The notes under the pieces were generated by a model. It did no database searches and had not been told where the DNA came from. It saw only the letters and a program-made list of their open reading frames with translations. Made by a program: the position numbers and the translations under genes. 39,281 bases of DNA from Barthelona sp. PAP020 (taxonomy: Eukaryota): the NCBI GenBank assembly GCA_040182905.1, contig JARQWU010000070.1, forward strand, positions 1 through 39,281, written 5' to 3'. Shown here in pieces: positions 1 to 10,397 of this stretch. The first letter of the stretch is position 1. Each line of letters starts with the position of its first letter.

Positions 1-49
1 TTTTCTTTCTTGTGGGATTATTAGCTTTATATGCAGGAGTATTTTGGTT

Positions 50-500
50 AGTTCTTCCTTTGCGTCTTCTTTCGGTGAAATTTTTGTTGTTGCCAAATTA
101 ATTTCACACGACAATAATAATAAATGCTTATAAAGACCTTTATTGTTCTCAGTTAGAATTTGGGGGTACTGGCAACTGAGTCGTTTTGCGTGGATGATTC
201 AGAACACTCTTAAAAAAGAAGAAATATTTCCGGTTTAGATGGGACGGGTATTTAAAGAAAAGTATAATACTTTCCTTCAGCCCCTTGATTCACTTTAATG
301 TCTCCACGTATGTTTTCTTTGTAGGACTTTGATATTCCTAGTTAACCTAATTTATTTGCTTATATCCTTAATCTTTGGATTCTTACGATTACGTTTATTA
401 TTACTTGAGCTTTTCAATTTTGATACTCATTAATATCAGAAATTGCAAGAAGAATCCTTAAACACATCTATATTGTCTTTTACGTGAAATTTGTTCGCTT
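50..500. repeat. Degenerate dispersed repeat, related to 32060-32220
   Basis: Collinear same-orientation matches: ~184-225 TTTTGCGTGGATGATTCAGAACACTC vs ~32116-32145 TTTATGTGTGGATGGTTCATAAAACTC; 404-427 CTTGAGCTTTTCAATTTTGATAC vs 32155-32177 CTTGAGGTTTTCATTTTTGATAC; 459-490 TAAACACATCTATATTGTCTTTTACGTGAAAT vs 32179-32210 TAAACACATTTGCATTGTCTTTTACATGAAAT. Boundaries approximate. Confidence 0.75.
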
Positions 501-733
501 TGGTATGAAATTGTTTTGAAAGCCTTTTTCAAAAACAAAAAAACAAAAATAAAAAACTGAACACTTTGCATACAACTGTTAGGTGTGGTGGATACCGTTA
601 TATTGTGATGATGTTTTTTCCTTTTAAAAGATAAGTCCAAATCATAGATAGAACTCGGAAAATTATAAATTTTGGTAAAATTTCCATTGATAACACTGTT
701 GAATAGCCTAAATAGAATCAAAAACATACAGTT

Positions 734-1936
734 TCAATCATCATCATCTTCATCATTTCTTTCATCACTTTGTTCTTTGAAAAATGAGTGCATATTGCCA
801 CCATTAGTTGCATTGATATCAGAAATATCCCAACAGGCGTCAACAATCATCTTGAACTCCTCCTTATTCATGGAAATACCTGCAGCTACCAATTCTCTGA
901 TAGTTGACATTTTCAAATTAAATGACAAAAGTGCTGATAAGACATTGCCATTGTTCTTCGATAACTGAATAAATTTATCATAATCGGAAGGTGCATGTTC
1001 AATTTTATATTGCTTCATATCACGCTGATATAATCCACAAACAAACTCAGTTCTACAGGGAGATACTGCAAAGGTGAACCAAAAAGAATCACTACCCAAA
1101 GAAAACTTTTGGATTTGACTGTAATCATAGGTGTTCAGTGATATCATATACCCATCAATTGTCATAACGAGCAAAATATTAGAAATTAAATAATTAATTG
1201 CTACAACATCATCCGAAAAATATAAAGTATGAAGAAGATGTCCCTTATCGGAGTTCCAAAACTTAATTTTAGCTGATCGATCACCAATTGCAATTATCTC
1301 CCTCTTTGGATGAAAATCAATGGCTCTAATATGATCATCGTGATTGAACACATGAATGATAGACAAATTATCAGAGTTCATCAATTTAGCAGTTGTGTCT
1401 TCACCACATGATAAAAGATACTTACCATTATTTGACAGCTTTAACCGATAAATCTCACCCAAATGAACTTGACTTTGACACAAAATATGGTAATCTGTTA
1501 GTTTCCACTTTTGGATGACTCCAATATTGTCAGTAGAATATAAATAATTAGAACATTGAGAAAAACACACACAATGAATGGAGTTACTGCAATTAATTTG
1601 TGTCAAAATTGAGAAATCTTTCGTGTTGTACAATATAATTTTTTCATCATTGGAACAAGTTGCAAACATTTTATTATTTAACGAAAAATCAACACTATTT
1701 ACATTTTTTTGGTGATCTTTCAAAGAATAATCAATTGTTTCCGTTATTGTATTATATAACAATACCGTTTTATAGCTACTTATGGCTAACCATTCACCAT
1801 TGGGTGAATATTTACAATCGAGAATCGGACCACAAAGCATTATTCCAATCATTTTCTCTTTCTCTTCGTTGATTTTTGGAGGACAAAGTTTGAGAATTGT
1901 TTCACTTGTTATTTCTTTTCCTAAACTATTTAACAT
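734..1936 (-). CDS. WD40-repeat protein with conserved unrecognised C-terminal domain (paralog of 36851-38068)
   Basis: 400-aa ORF with WD40 blades (DHQKNVNSVDFS...ATCSNDEKIILYN; HDDHIRAIDFHP...GDRSAKIKFWN). The C-terminal ~65 aa align without gaps to the 36851 paralog. Confidence 0.9.
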   Translation of the reverse strand: MLNSLGKEITSETILKLCPPKINEEKEKMIGIMLCGPILDCKYSPNGEWLAISSYKTVLLYNTITETIDYSLKDHQKNVNSVDFSLNNKMFATCSNDEKIILYNTKDFSILTQINCSNSIHCVCFSQCSNYLYSTDNIGVIQKWKLTDYHILCQSQVHLGEIYRLKLSNNGKYLLSCGEDTTAKLMNSDNLSIIHVFNHDDHIRAIDFHPKREIIAIGDRSAKIKFWNSDKGHLLHTLYFSDDVVAINYLISNILLVMTIDGYMISLNTYDYSQIQKFSLGSDSFWFTFAVSPCRTEFVCGLYQRDMKQYKIEHAPSDYDKFIQLSKNNGNVLSALLSFNLKMSTIRELVAAGISMNKEEFKMIVDACWDISDINATNGGNMHSFFKEQSDERNDEDDDD

Positions 1937-2111
1937 GGATACAAGTCGATTTAAACTAAAAAAAAAAACACTATTTTCATAAACTATTATTCCAAAGGAT
2001 TATTAGCATACAAACACTTTTTATTCATCTATTCATCTATTAAATGGGAAATCTTATCAAATCTGAGACTTGAATATTGGAAAGAAAAAAAAAAGAAAAT
2101 AATTTATAAAA

Positions 2112-4679
2112 TTAACTCTTTGAAGAAACTTCAACATCAGGAAATACAATAGAAACAGCTGTATGAACTCTAAAATGACTTGTAATGGAAATATTTCCAC
2201 CAATTTCAGTTAAAATTTTTTTGCATCTGGGCAAACCATAACCAAAATGTCCTTTCTTGGTAGTAAAGCCATGATTGAATACCTTTGATAAATTATCAAG
2301 TGGAATACCTTTACCTTTATCATAAATGGCAATTTCAATAATTCTATTAGCACCCTGAATATTTTCTTTGGCACTGATAACAACGTGTCCTACATCTTCT
2401 GAATTTGGTGAATCTGTGGTATTAACACATGCTTCTACTGCATTAATTAAAACATTGAACAAAACTATTCTCAGCTGTGGCTTTTTTAAATGCGACAAGG
2501 AAAGCCTAACGTCTGAATGATTTTGAACACGTATTATACTTAAAGGAAATTCAACAGCAACTAGTTTTGTCAATAGATCTAAGAAAGAACCTAATTGAAG
2601 GGTATCATCATGTTCTAAAACTGTGTCATTGAACAAATAATCATAGGACATCTTTGCATCAAGTAAATGTTCTTGAGCTTGGTTTATTAGAGTCATATTG
2701 TTCCATAAAGAGCTTAAAAGGTCATAAATATCATCCTCTTTCTCCAATAAACCTGCTAGGTTTTCATCCCTCTGAATTTCTTTTAATAATTCCTTGATAT
2801 CCTTCCAATTATACGAAAGGGGATCAAATCGTTTATCTCCAGTAGCAAATGGAGAAATTTCTTCTGAAAACAATTTGGATACATTGATCAATGTTGAATC
2901 TATGGAACATTGAACCAAATTAAATGTGTTTCTGATCTGATAGCCAGCTAACAGTTTCATTCTACCCAATGATTTTTCATCATGTTGTTTTTCCAAGGTT
3001 TGAATAGTGTTTACTTCCAAACATAAGTCATCAAACTTGATAATGTACCCATAGTGTGTAATAGCTTTTTTTCTATTACGAAAGTCAAATCTATCGAAAA
3101 TAGAGTTAGTTTTAGAATTTATTTCATTGTCTATGTGTTGAGATTGAGATCTTGAAAGTTTTGATCCATTATTATGAGTCTTAGAAGTATTTTTTGAAAA
3201 GGATTCAGCATTATTAAGTGTATTTGCTGTATTTGCTAATGAATTATTCGTGTTCAAATTTGAATTAACTTTTATAGCAGATCTGTTCGTATAAAATAGA
3301 TCTGTAGCAGTATCAAACTTTTCTACTGGCAAAATGTCGACACTGAAATAATGTTTTTTCACATTTGATAAACTATTTAAACAAGGTAAAGCTTCAAGAA
3401 AATATGCAGGAATTGACTGTTCAATATCAAAGATGTTTGAATCACTGTTCACATTTAAATTCCCATTATTACTGTTATCTGTACTGTTTCGCATAAATCT
3501 AACTTCCATATCCATTCGAATGTTAGCAAAATTACAATCTTTTGAGGTGGCAATCTCTTTTAGACGTTGATTCAATATGCTTTTATTCTTGCTATCAGTC
3601 GGTAAAAAATCAGGAAATCTTAACAGAGAATGATTTTGAACATTTATGTTCAAAAGGTAATTAGCAGCTAAATTCGAAAATAACAGCCTAAAATCAGAAT
3701 TAACAATGATAATAGCATTTAAAGAACTGCTTAATAGCAAAGATAAGGACCGATTCACTTTCTTATAGGTTTCTCCATAAATAAAATGACTTCTCCTCAA
3801 TATTATGAAACTTAAGATTAAAACCATTAAAAAGAAGGCAATAATCCCTAAAGTGATGGTTATCGTGGTTGTCTTTACTCTTTGAGGACTTTGTACAGGA
3901 AACTTCAATTGACTCAAAATAATTGTCCCATTTTCAATGAGTTCAGTTAATTTTGGATTAAATACATTGTAAAAAGCAATTCCATTGGCACTATTATTCC
4001 CAAAAGCAAATGTATTAAACTCGGGAGATAGATAAAATTGTCCTTCAACAATTTCTACATCAACTGAAGAATATATCAAATCTATAATATATTGGGCATT
4101 ATAAATATCACAAATAGCAACATCAATACTCTTTGCTACCAATTGTTCTAATAATCCATTTGCTGTGTAATGAAAGTATCGCTTTTCAACTTCTATTTGC
4201 ATACTATCCATTAAAGTTTCAAAGAATTCAGTAAATGAAGCATTTAATGTCAACCCTATTGTCTTTCCTTTGAAATCAAATGGTGAATCATAATTGTCAA
4301 ATCCGTAGACTCCAGCAAAAGTTAATTGGGTAATTGTACTGAATACAGCAAAAGTTTGTCGATAATTCGTGGGAAATAATGGAAATACCATATCAACTTC
4401 ACCTAATTTTAATTTATTCACACATAATGAAGCGGTGTCGACTTGATATTGATATGTATAACTGTTTCCATCATCAATTTTATTTACCGTCTTTAAAAAC
4501 ATTTCAAACATCACACCTTTTATTTCTTCTTCACTAAATACTATCCCATCTCTCGCACTTAAATCATAATTCACGTATGCAAAGGGTGCAAAATCCAAAA
4601 TACATACTTTAATTAATGTACTCTCCACAATATTCAATATCAATATTATAAATATTATCTTATATATCATAAAATCCAT
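2112..4679 (-). CDS. Membrane sensor histidine-kinase-like receptor: signal peptide, periplasmic-binding-protein (SBP_bac_3/PBPb-like) domain, TM, PAS-like region, degenerate DHp, HATPase_c
   Basis: N-terminal hydrophobic signal. SBP-like motifs DFAPFAY, LKLGEVDMV, DFKGKTIG, LVAKSIDVAICD and FNPKLTELIENGT. TM segment TITITLGIIAFFLMVLILSFIIL. PAS-like start LNAIIIVNSDFRLLFSNLAANYLL. N box FNVLINAVEA, G1 YDKGKGIP, F box VFNHGFTTK, G2 GHFGYGL. Confidence 0.85.
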   Translation of the reverse strand: MDFMIYKIIFIILILNIVESTLIKVCILDFAPFAYVNYDLSARDGIVFSEEEIKGVMFEMFLKTVNKIDDGNSYTYQYQVDTASLCVNKLKLGEVDMVFPLFPTNYRQTFAVFSTITQLTFAGVYGFDNYDSPFDFKGKTIGLTLNASFTEFFETLMDSMQIEVEKRYFHYTANGLLEQLVAKSIDVAICDIYNAQYIIDLIYSSVDVEIVEGQFYLSPEFNTFAFGNNSANGIAFYNVFNPKLTELIENGTIILSQLKFPVQSPQRVKTTTITITLGIIAFFLMVLILSFIILRRSHFIYGETYKKVNRSLSLLLSSSLNAIIIVNSDFRLLFSNLAANYLLNINVQNHSLLRFPDFLPTDSKNKSILNQRLKEIATSKDCNFANIRMDMEVRFMRNSTDNSNNGNLNVNSDSNIFDIEQSIPAYFLEALPCLNSLSNVKKHYFSVDILPVEKFDTATDLFYTNRSAIKVNSNLNTNNSLANTANTLNNAESFSKNTSKTHNNGSKLSRSQSQHIDNEINSKTNSIFDRFDFRNRKKAITHYGYIIKFDDLCLEVNTIQTLEKQHDEKSLGRMKLLAGYQIRNTFNLVQCSIDSTLINVSKLFSEEISPFATGDKRFDPLSYNWKDIKELLKEIQRDENLAGLLEKEDDIYDLLSSLWNNMTLINQAQEHLLDAKMSYDYLFNDTVLEHDDTLQLGSFLDLLTKLVAVEFPLSIIRVQNHSDVRLSLSHLKKPQLRIVLFNVLINAVEACVNTTDSPNSEDVGHVVISAKENIQGANRIIEIAIYDKGKGIPLDNLSKVFNHGFTTKKGHFGYGLPRCKKILTEIGGNISITSHFRVHTAVSIVFPDVEVSSKS

Positions 4680-5013
4680 TCAATCATTCAATTTAATCGA
4701 TTTGAAAAAGTAGTCTCTCAAAAAAAATAAAATTAATATTCTTACCTCAAGTTTTTGGTAATGAAAAAGAGCATAATGGGCATTTATAATGTTTAAATAA
4801 TCAAAAATTATGATTTTTAACAATCAATAAAAGAAAATGGACAAAATCATATTTCTCACAATTTTTGTTAATCAAAAGTGCAGTAAATTTATGAATTTTA
4901 ATTATTAATATTATTTATTTGCTCAAACCTGAATAAATAATGGAAATAGAATGGTGAAGTCTTGAAAAACTATCCTACAGTTTTTTTTTCATTGTTATTT
5001 TGATCTTATTATT

Positions 5014-6903
5014 ATGGATGAGATACCTTTTGATTTAAATCTTGATTTAGTACCATCGAATGAACAACAAAATCAAAAAACGATTGTCGGTTTTTTTAAA
5101 GGGTTGTCTAAACAATTGATTCCCTCGTTATTTCATTCAAAAAAGAGTCAAAAAAAGTCGAGAATTCAAGCATTTCGAAAATCTTTTGAACCTGAATCAG
5201 TTCCGGAAATTGTCAAAGCTGTTTTTGTCAAAGATTTGGAAAGAATGACTAAAGCTTGGCGTGATAATCCAAATTGCATATTTTCAACTTTTGAAGGCAG
5301 ATATCCAATACATATCGCTTGTGGAACTGATTATTTAGAGGGGCTTCAAAAATTGTTAGATTGGGGAGCTTCACCAACTGAACTTGATATCAAGCATGGC
5401 GGTACACCATTACATCATGCTATTAATGCACCGGGAACCAAATGTTTGGATTATCTATTATCATTAGATATTGATTTTTCTCCGAAAGACATGAATTCTG
5501 TCACTCCTATCATCTTAGCTGTTCAATATAATGACTATAAATCTGTTTATAAGTTAATACAGGCAGGAGTTCCTGTGTCTGGGCTTTATTTACCTGGATT
5601 GAATCAACCTTTAGTTACAATAGCTGTTTCTTACTATGCTATGGATGTTTTGAGGATTCTTCTTGATGCTGGGGCAGATCCAAATCAAATGTCTGAAGGA
5701 ACAAATCCTGATGGAGTTGGATGTCCTTTAACTTGGGCTTGTAAGGCGCGTTTTGAACCAGGTATTCGTTTATTGTTACAATACGGAGCTGATTGTGATA
5801 TTCAAGATACTTTTGGAGCCACACCATTACACTATGCTGTTTCGAAGAAATTTGCAATGCCTTCGAATTTATTATTAGAAGCTGGAGCTGATGTAACCAT
5901 TAAAGACAAATCAGGCATATCCCCTTTACAATTAGCCAAGCAAGTTGGGTTTTCATCTTTTTTAGAAGCTGTAAAAAATGGTACAAAGTTACGTACGCAT
6001 AATAGAAATTGGACATTTACTATAACACTGTTGTATCCTTTCATATGTTACATATATGCATTTTACCTCACTAGTTTTGGTTTTTTTTGGTATTCTCTTT
6101 TATTGTTTGCATCAGCTTCCATCACTTTATTCAATTTACTTCAATGTCATTTATCTGATCCTGGTGTAGTGAAACAAGCCCCGATTGCTTCATCTGCTGT
6201 TCCTTTTGATCAACAATATTGTGCCACATGTCAAAAGCCAAGGCCTATTCGTTCAAAGCATTGCCCATTGTGTGGAGTTTGCGTTAACCGATTTGATCAT
6301 CATTGCCCTTGGGTTGCCAATTGTGTTGGTCAGGGCAATTACCATTTTTTCTATCAATTGGTTCTTTGGGTATCTATTACGGGGGCATATTGCATTGTAT
6401 TAGCTTTGATTACTGCAGGACTACGCTATCACAGTGCCTTTGGGTTTTTACATCCATTAGATCTGGCAGTAATTTGTGCAAGTGGATTTGGTGGTGGATT
6501 TGGTATCAGTATGGTGTTCACTCACACAAGATTAGCAGGAATTGGTTTTACAACAAATGAAATGTCAAATTTTATGCGTTACACTCAATATCATACTGGT
6601 TTTAATGAAGATGGTTTGGTTGATCCTGAAAATCCTTTTGCTTATGGGCCAATGTTCTTTCAAAGACGAATTTTATTTGGTAATTTTGAGCCTTCTTATA
6701 ACAACTATTTGACTTTGGATCATTATTTAAAAGAAAAGCCCATGATTGAAAATATGTTAATTGGTGTGATAAGAAGGAATAAAGAAAGTTTAGCAAAGGC
6801 CAAATCTATGGAAAAAGCTAAGCATATTGATGATTGTGAAGAAGTTGAGGAAATTAATGAAATGCAAAGATCACAATCTCGTGATTTTGAATCAATGGTG
6901 TAA
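5014..6903 (+). CDS. Ankyrin-repeat DHHC palmitoyltransferase (Akr1/ZDHHC13/17-like)
   Basis: Multiple ankyrin repeats ([25 protein letters not shown]), TM helices, the canonical Cys-rich domain [37 protein letters not shown], and a TTNE motif. Confidence 0.95.
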   Translation: MDEIPFDLNLDLVPSNEQQNQKTIVGFFKGLSKQLIPSLFHSKKSQKKSRIQAFRKSFEPESVPEIVKAVFVKDLERMTKAWRDNPNCIFSTFEGRYPIHIACGTDYLEGLQKLLDWGASPTELDIKHGGTPLHHAINAPGTKCLDYLLSLDIDFSPKDMNSVTPIILAVQYNDYKSVYKLIQAGVPVSGLYLPGLNQPLVTIAVSYYAMDVLRILLDAGADPNQMSEGTNPDGVGCPLTWACKARFEPGIRLLLQYGADCDIQDTFGATPLHYAVSKKFAMPSNLLLEAGADVTIKDKSGISPLQLAKQVGFSSFLEAVKNGTKLRTHNRNWTFTITLLYPFICYIYAFYLTSFGFFWYSLLLFASASITLFNLLQCHLSDPGVVKQAPIASSAVPFDQQYCATCQKPRPIRSKHCPLCGVCVNRFDHHCPWVANCVGQGNYHFFYQLVLWVSITGAYCIVLALITAGLRYHSAFGFLHPLDLAVICASGFGGGFGISMVFTHTRLAGIGFTTNEMSNFMRYTQYHTGFNEDGLVDPENPFAYGPMFFQRRILFGNFEPSYNNYLTLDHYLKEKPMIENMLIGVIRRNKESLAKAKSMEKAKHIDDCEEVEEINEMQRSQSRDFESMV

Positions 6904-7152
6904 TTTTCAAATTTTTGATTTATTTGCTGCTTTTTTGTAGCAATTTTGGGCTATGTAGTATATAAATAGATCTATTCAATTTCTTTTGAAAAAAAAACGT
7001 AACTTTTGAAAAAAAAAAAAAGGAGAACAAATTTTGAAATTTTTTTTTTCATTAATTTATACAGCTTTTTTTTTCTTTTTCAATGTCTTGCGTTTGTTTT
7101 AATATTCATTTAAAATTAAATGAACTTGAAAACAAAAAAAAAAGGAACATGT

Positions 7153-7818
7153 TCAACTCTTTGAATAAACTCTGGGAGAAACATTTTGAAATTGAGGTAA
7201 AGTAAAACTATCAACGGGTGATGTAGGAGTACAAGGAGATCCAGGGGAGCTGGTGTTAGAATGATTATTCCTTTGAGAACGCATATGTTGCAATTTTAAT
7301 TCATAATTACGAGTTTTGTTAACTTTTCTCTTGACTTTGATGGATTCCGTTTCAATATTAAAAGTGACATCATCATCATCATCTTGAAGATTAAAGCCAT
7401 CTTTCATCAATTTAGCAACTGAGTCATTTGATTTTGTAACAATACCATGGGTAGGGGGAGTTAAATTTCTTTCAAATGAATTACCATTGCTTTTGGTGGG
7501 TGTTCTTTTTGGAGATTTAATACCTGATTGTCTAAGCTTTGCGGTTTCAATAGGACTCAATTTTTTTTGAACAGCAATTTTGTTTATTGTGACAATATCA
7601 AGAGTTTTTTCACAATTGTCTTTACATGGTCTTTCTGGTGTCAATAACACTATTTTATTAGAAAATTACAAAATATATGTTACAATACATTCTTTAATTG
7701 AAGGATCTTGATGAACTGTTCTTTCCCCATGAACAATATCAGTATTTTCCATTGTGTTCACAGGAGAAGAACCAATTCTTGATTTTCTAAGTATAGGATT
7801 AATTGAATTCACTTTCAT
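7153..7818 (-). CDS. Hypothetical Ser/Thr-Pro-rich protein, 2 exons (7689-7818, 7153-7649), ~208 aa
   Basis: Two same-frame ORFs are joined by removing a 39-nt GT-AG intron (7650-7688), giving ...IKELLLTPERP.... ATG at 7818. Many SP/TP sites. Confidence 0.65.
7650..7688 (-). other. Spliceosomal intron, 39 nt
   Basis: GTATTG...TTCTAATAAAATAG. Contains the in-frame stop, and its removal preserves frame. Confidence 0.7.
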
Positions 7819-8286
7819 TGTGTAAAAAAAAAAGAGTAAAAAAATATTCTTTGTGATTGCAATTATCAAATCACATTTTTCTGATATTTGGAATTACAAT
7901 AATTTAAATGAATATATTATTGACTTTTTTACAATGAAAATAATAAATTTATAATTTCTTTTTGTTTTGGGAAAAGAAAAACACTGAACTTTTTTTTTTT
8001 TGCCTGATCGAAAATTTCCATTCTTCTCTTTTTTTTGCTTAACTGAAGGAATACATGTTCAATAAAGAGAAGTATCAATATTCTAACAACATTGTGCAAT
8101 AAAGTTGTCGAATAGAGATTCTTTGAATTATTTTTTTTTTTCCTCACAGAAATAATATTAGGATTAGAACACTAGTTAAAACTTTACATAATTCTTCAAT
8201 TCAATTGAAAAAAAAATTCTACTATTCCACTATTTACACACATATACAACAAGTCAGAGTCATGACAACTGTATGACTTTTTTATT

Positions 8287-10116
8287 TTATTTTAAATTCT
8301 TTATTTCCATTTTATCTCGTGAAAACAAAGAATCAATTGAGTTATTGACGTTTATAAGAGTTTCTGATAACATAGAATTTTTGTTATTGAGTTGAAATAT
8401 CTGTTCATCTTTAAATTTGAGCGTTTTATCTACAACATCTTTTAAAAAGAAAAATTTCTTTTCAATATTTTGATAAACTTTTTTAAAATTTCCCAATTGA
8501 TTCTTCAAAACATTAATCTGCTCTAAAACATCTTTCTTTAACGATTCTTTATGTAATAATTTCCCAACAAAACTGTTGTTCATTTCCAGTAGATTTTCAT
8601 TCTGCGACATCAAATCACCATTTATTCTCTTTAAATCATTGTTTTCTTTCAATAATTTTGAGGTTTTGGCATTGAGAGTATCAAATTTTTTTTTTAAAAC
8701 ACTCAAATTAGATTTCCAAAATTTCACTTCCACTTTCTCTTTGAAATCATTAGTTTCTTCTTCAAAAGTTGACAGTTGATTTTCAGGATTTTTTGTTTTT
8801 ATTTTTTCATTTTTTTGTTCTTTTACAAATCGACAAAGTGTACTTTGCAGCGAATTTATAATAATTACTGAGCTGTTTAATTTTTTATCAATCATATCTT
8901 GATTTTCTGTTATATGTTTGTTCAACTCTATGATTTGACCTGTTAACGCTTTTTCTTCTGCAATTCTTTGGTTATTTAATTCTTTTCGATTCAGTCTTTG
9001 AAAATTGTAGTCTTCTTCTTTAAGTTTCATCAAATTCTTTAATTTTCCCATCTCATCATCTGCCGTTCGTGAATTATCCTCAAATTCTTCAATTTTATCC
9101 TTCAATTGAATGTTTTCAATTTCCAAAACGTTAATCTTTTCTTGAAAGGCGATTAAGACATCTTCAAGATCATTCTTTTCATTCAAAATCTGTTTTAAAT
9201 TTTCTTCAACGAATGTCTTACCCGCTTTTAATTCAGAAATCTCTTTCCACAACTCAATTATTTTTGCTTCATATCTTTCAACCATTAATTTAACATTATT
9301 TGATTCAACAAGATTAAGTTCCATTTTTTTTTGTAATACTTCAATTTCTTCAAGTTTTTCATTCACAATATCTGAATTTTCAGACCTTAAAGATTTGGAC
9401 ATATCTTCCAAATTTTCCAAATTTTCCCGAACTTTAATAAATTCAATGAAAAATTCTTCATTCTTTTCTATCTCTTTTCTCAAATCTTTTTTAAGCACAG
9501 TGATATCCTTTAGCTTTTCCTGAGCTACCCTTAAAACCTTATTAACATCAAGAACAATTGTATTATGCAACATTTCTATCTCATTATTCAGTTTTTCGAC
9601 AATAATTTTATGCTCTGTTGCTTCAATGTCTTTATTATCTTCAAAATCTTTCATTTTCTTCTTCATAATTTCAGAACAAATTTGTAAATCTTTATACTTA
9701 CTTTCTAAAGCATTCATTTTGCAAAATTGTCCTTCTAATTCCTCTTCATATTTGTCAATAATTTCATTTTGTTTTTTATTATATAAATTTTTTTCATTTT
9801 CATACTTCTGATTCTCTAATCGTAATTCTATGATAGTTTCAAAATCTTTTTCTTTGATTTTTTTCAACCTTTCATTCGAACATTCAATTTCACACATTTT
9901 TTCTTTTAATTCCCACATTTCATTCTTTAATTGATGAATTATGTTATCTCTTTGAAACATTTGATTTTCATTTGACTTGACGTCATGAGGTTTTCGATTC
10001 ATCATCGGTGATGTTTTTGGTGAGAGTGTAAAAGTTTTTGAACTGTTAGGCATTTTATTTATCGAAGGTGTATTTAATTCATATTTCAATTCGGTTTCAT
10101 GTTTATGTAAATTCAT
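8287..10116 (-). CDS. Long coiled-coil hypothetical protein
   Basis: 609-aa E/K/N/L-rich ORF with heptad character. No family recognised. Confidence 0.75.
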   Translation of the reverse strand: MNLHKHETELKYELNTPSINKMPNSSKTFTLSPKTSPMMNRKPHDVKSNENQMFQRDNIIHQLKNEMWELKEKMCEIECSNERLKKIKEKDFETIIELRLENQKYENEKNLYNKKQNEIIDKYEEELEGQFCKMNALESKYKDLQICSEIMKKKMKDFEDNKDIEATEHKIIVEKLNNEIEMLHNTIVLDVNKVLRVAQEKLKDITVLKKDLRKEIEKNEEFFIEFIKVRENLENLEDMSKSLRSENSDIVNEKLEEIEVLQKKMELNLVESNNVKLMVERYEAKIIELWKEISELKAGKTFVEENLKQILNEKNDLEDVLIAFQEKINVLEIENIQLKDKIEEFEDNSRTADDEMGKLKNLMKLKEEDYNFQRLNRKELNNQRIAEEKALTGQIIELNKHITENQDMIDKKLNSSVIIINSLQSTLCRFVKEQKNEKIKTKNPENQLSTFEEETNDFKEKVEVKFWKSNLSVLKKKFDTLNAKTSKLLKENNDLKRINGDLMSQNENLLEMNNSFVGKLLHKESLKKDVLEQINVLKNQLGNFKKVYQNIEKKFFFLKDVVDKTLKFKDEQIFQLNNKNSMLSETLINVNNSIDSLFSRDKMEIKNLK

Positions 10117-10397
10117 AAAAAATCCTTGTTCTTTTCAAAACAAAGTACTGCCTTCTGTGTAAGAATAAATTTGTATTTATATTTAGTATTTATCATTGTG
10201 TCAAATATTTGTAGGGTCAAAAACTTAATTCAATGTGAGGTGGTGGATTGTTTTCTAAATTTAATTATATTCTTGATCTCCTTAATAATAGCTTTATTGA
10301 GTACAAACAGAAAAGATAAATTTAATTTGAAAGATAATTTCAAACCAAAAAAAAAGACAACCAATAATAATTTTTTTTATATTTAATTTATGATTCG

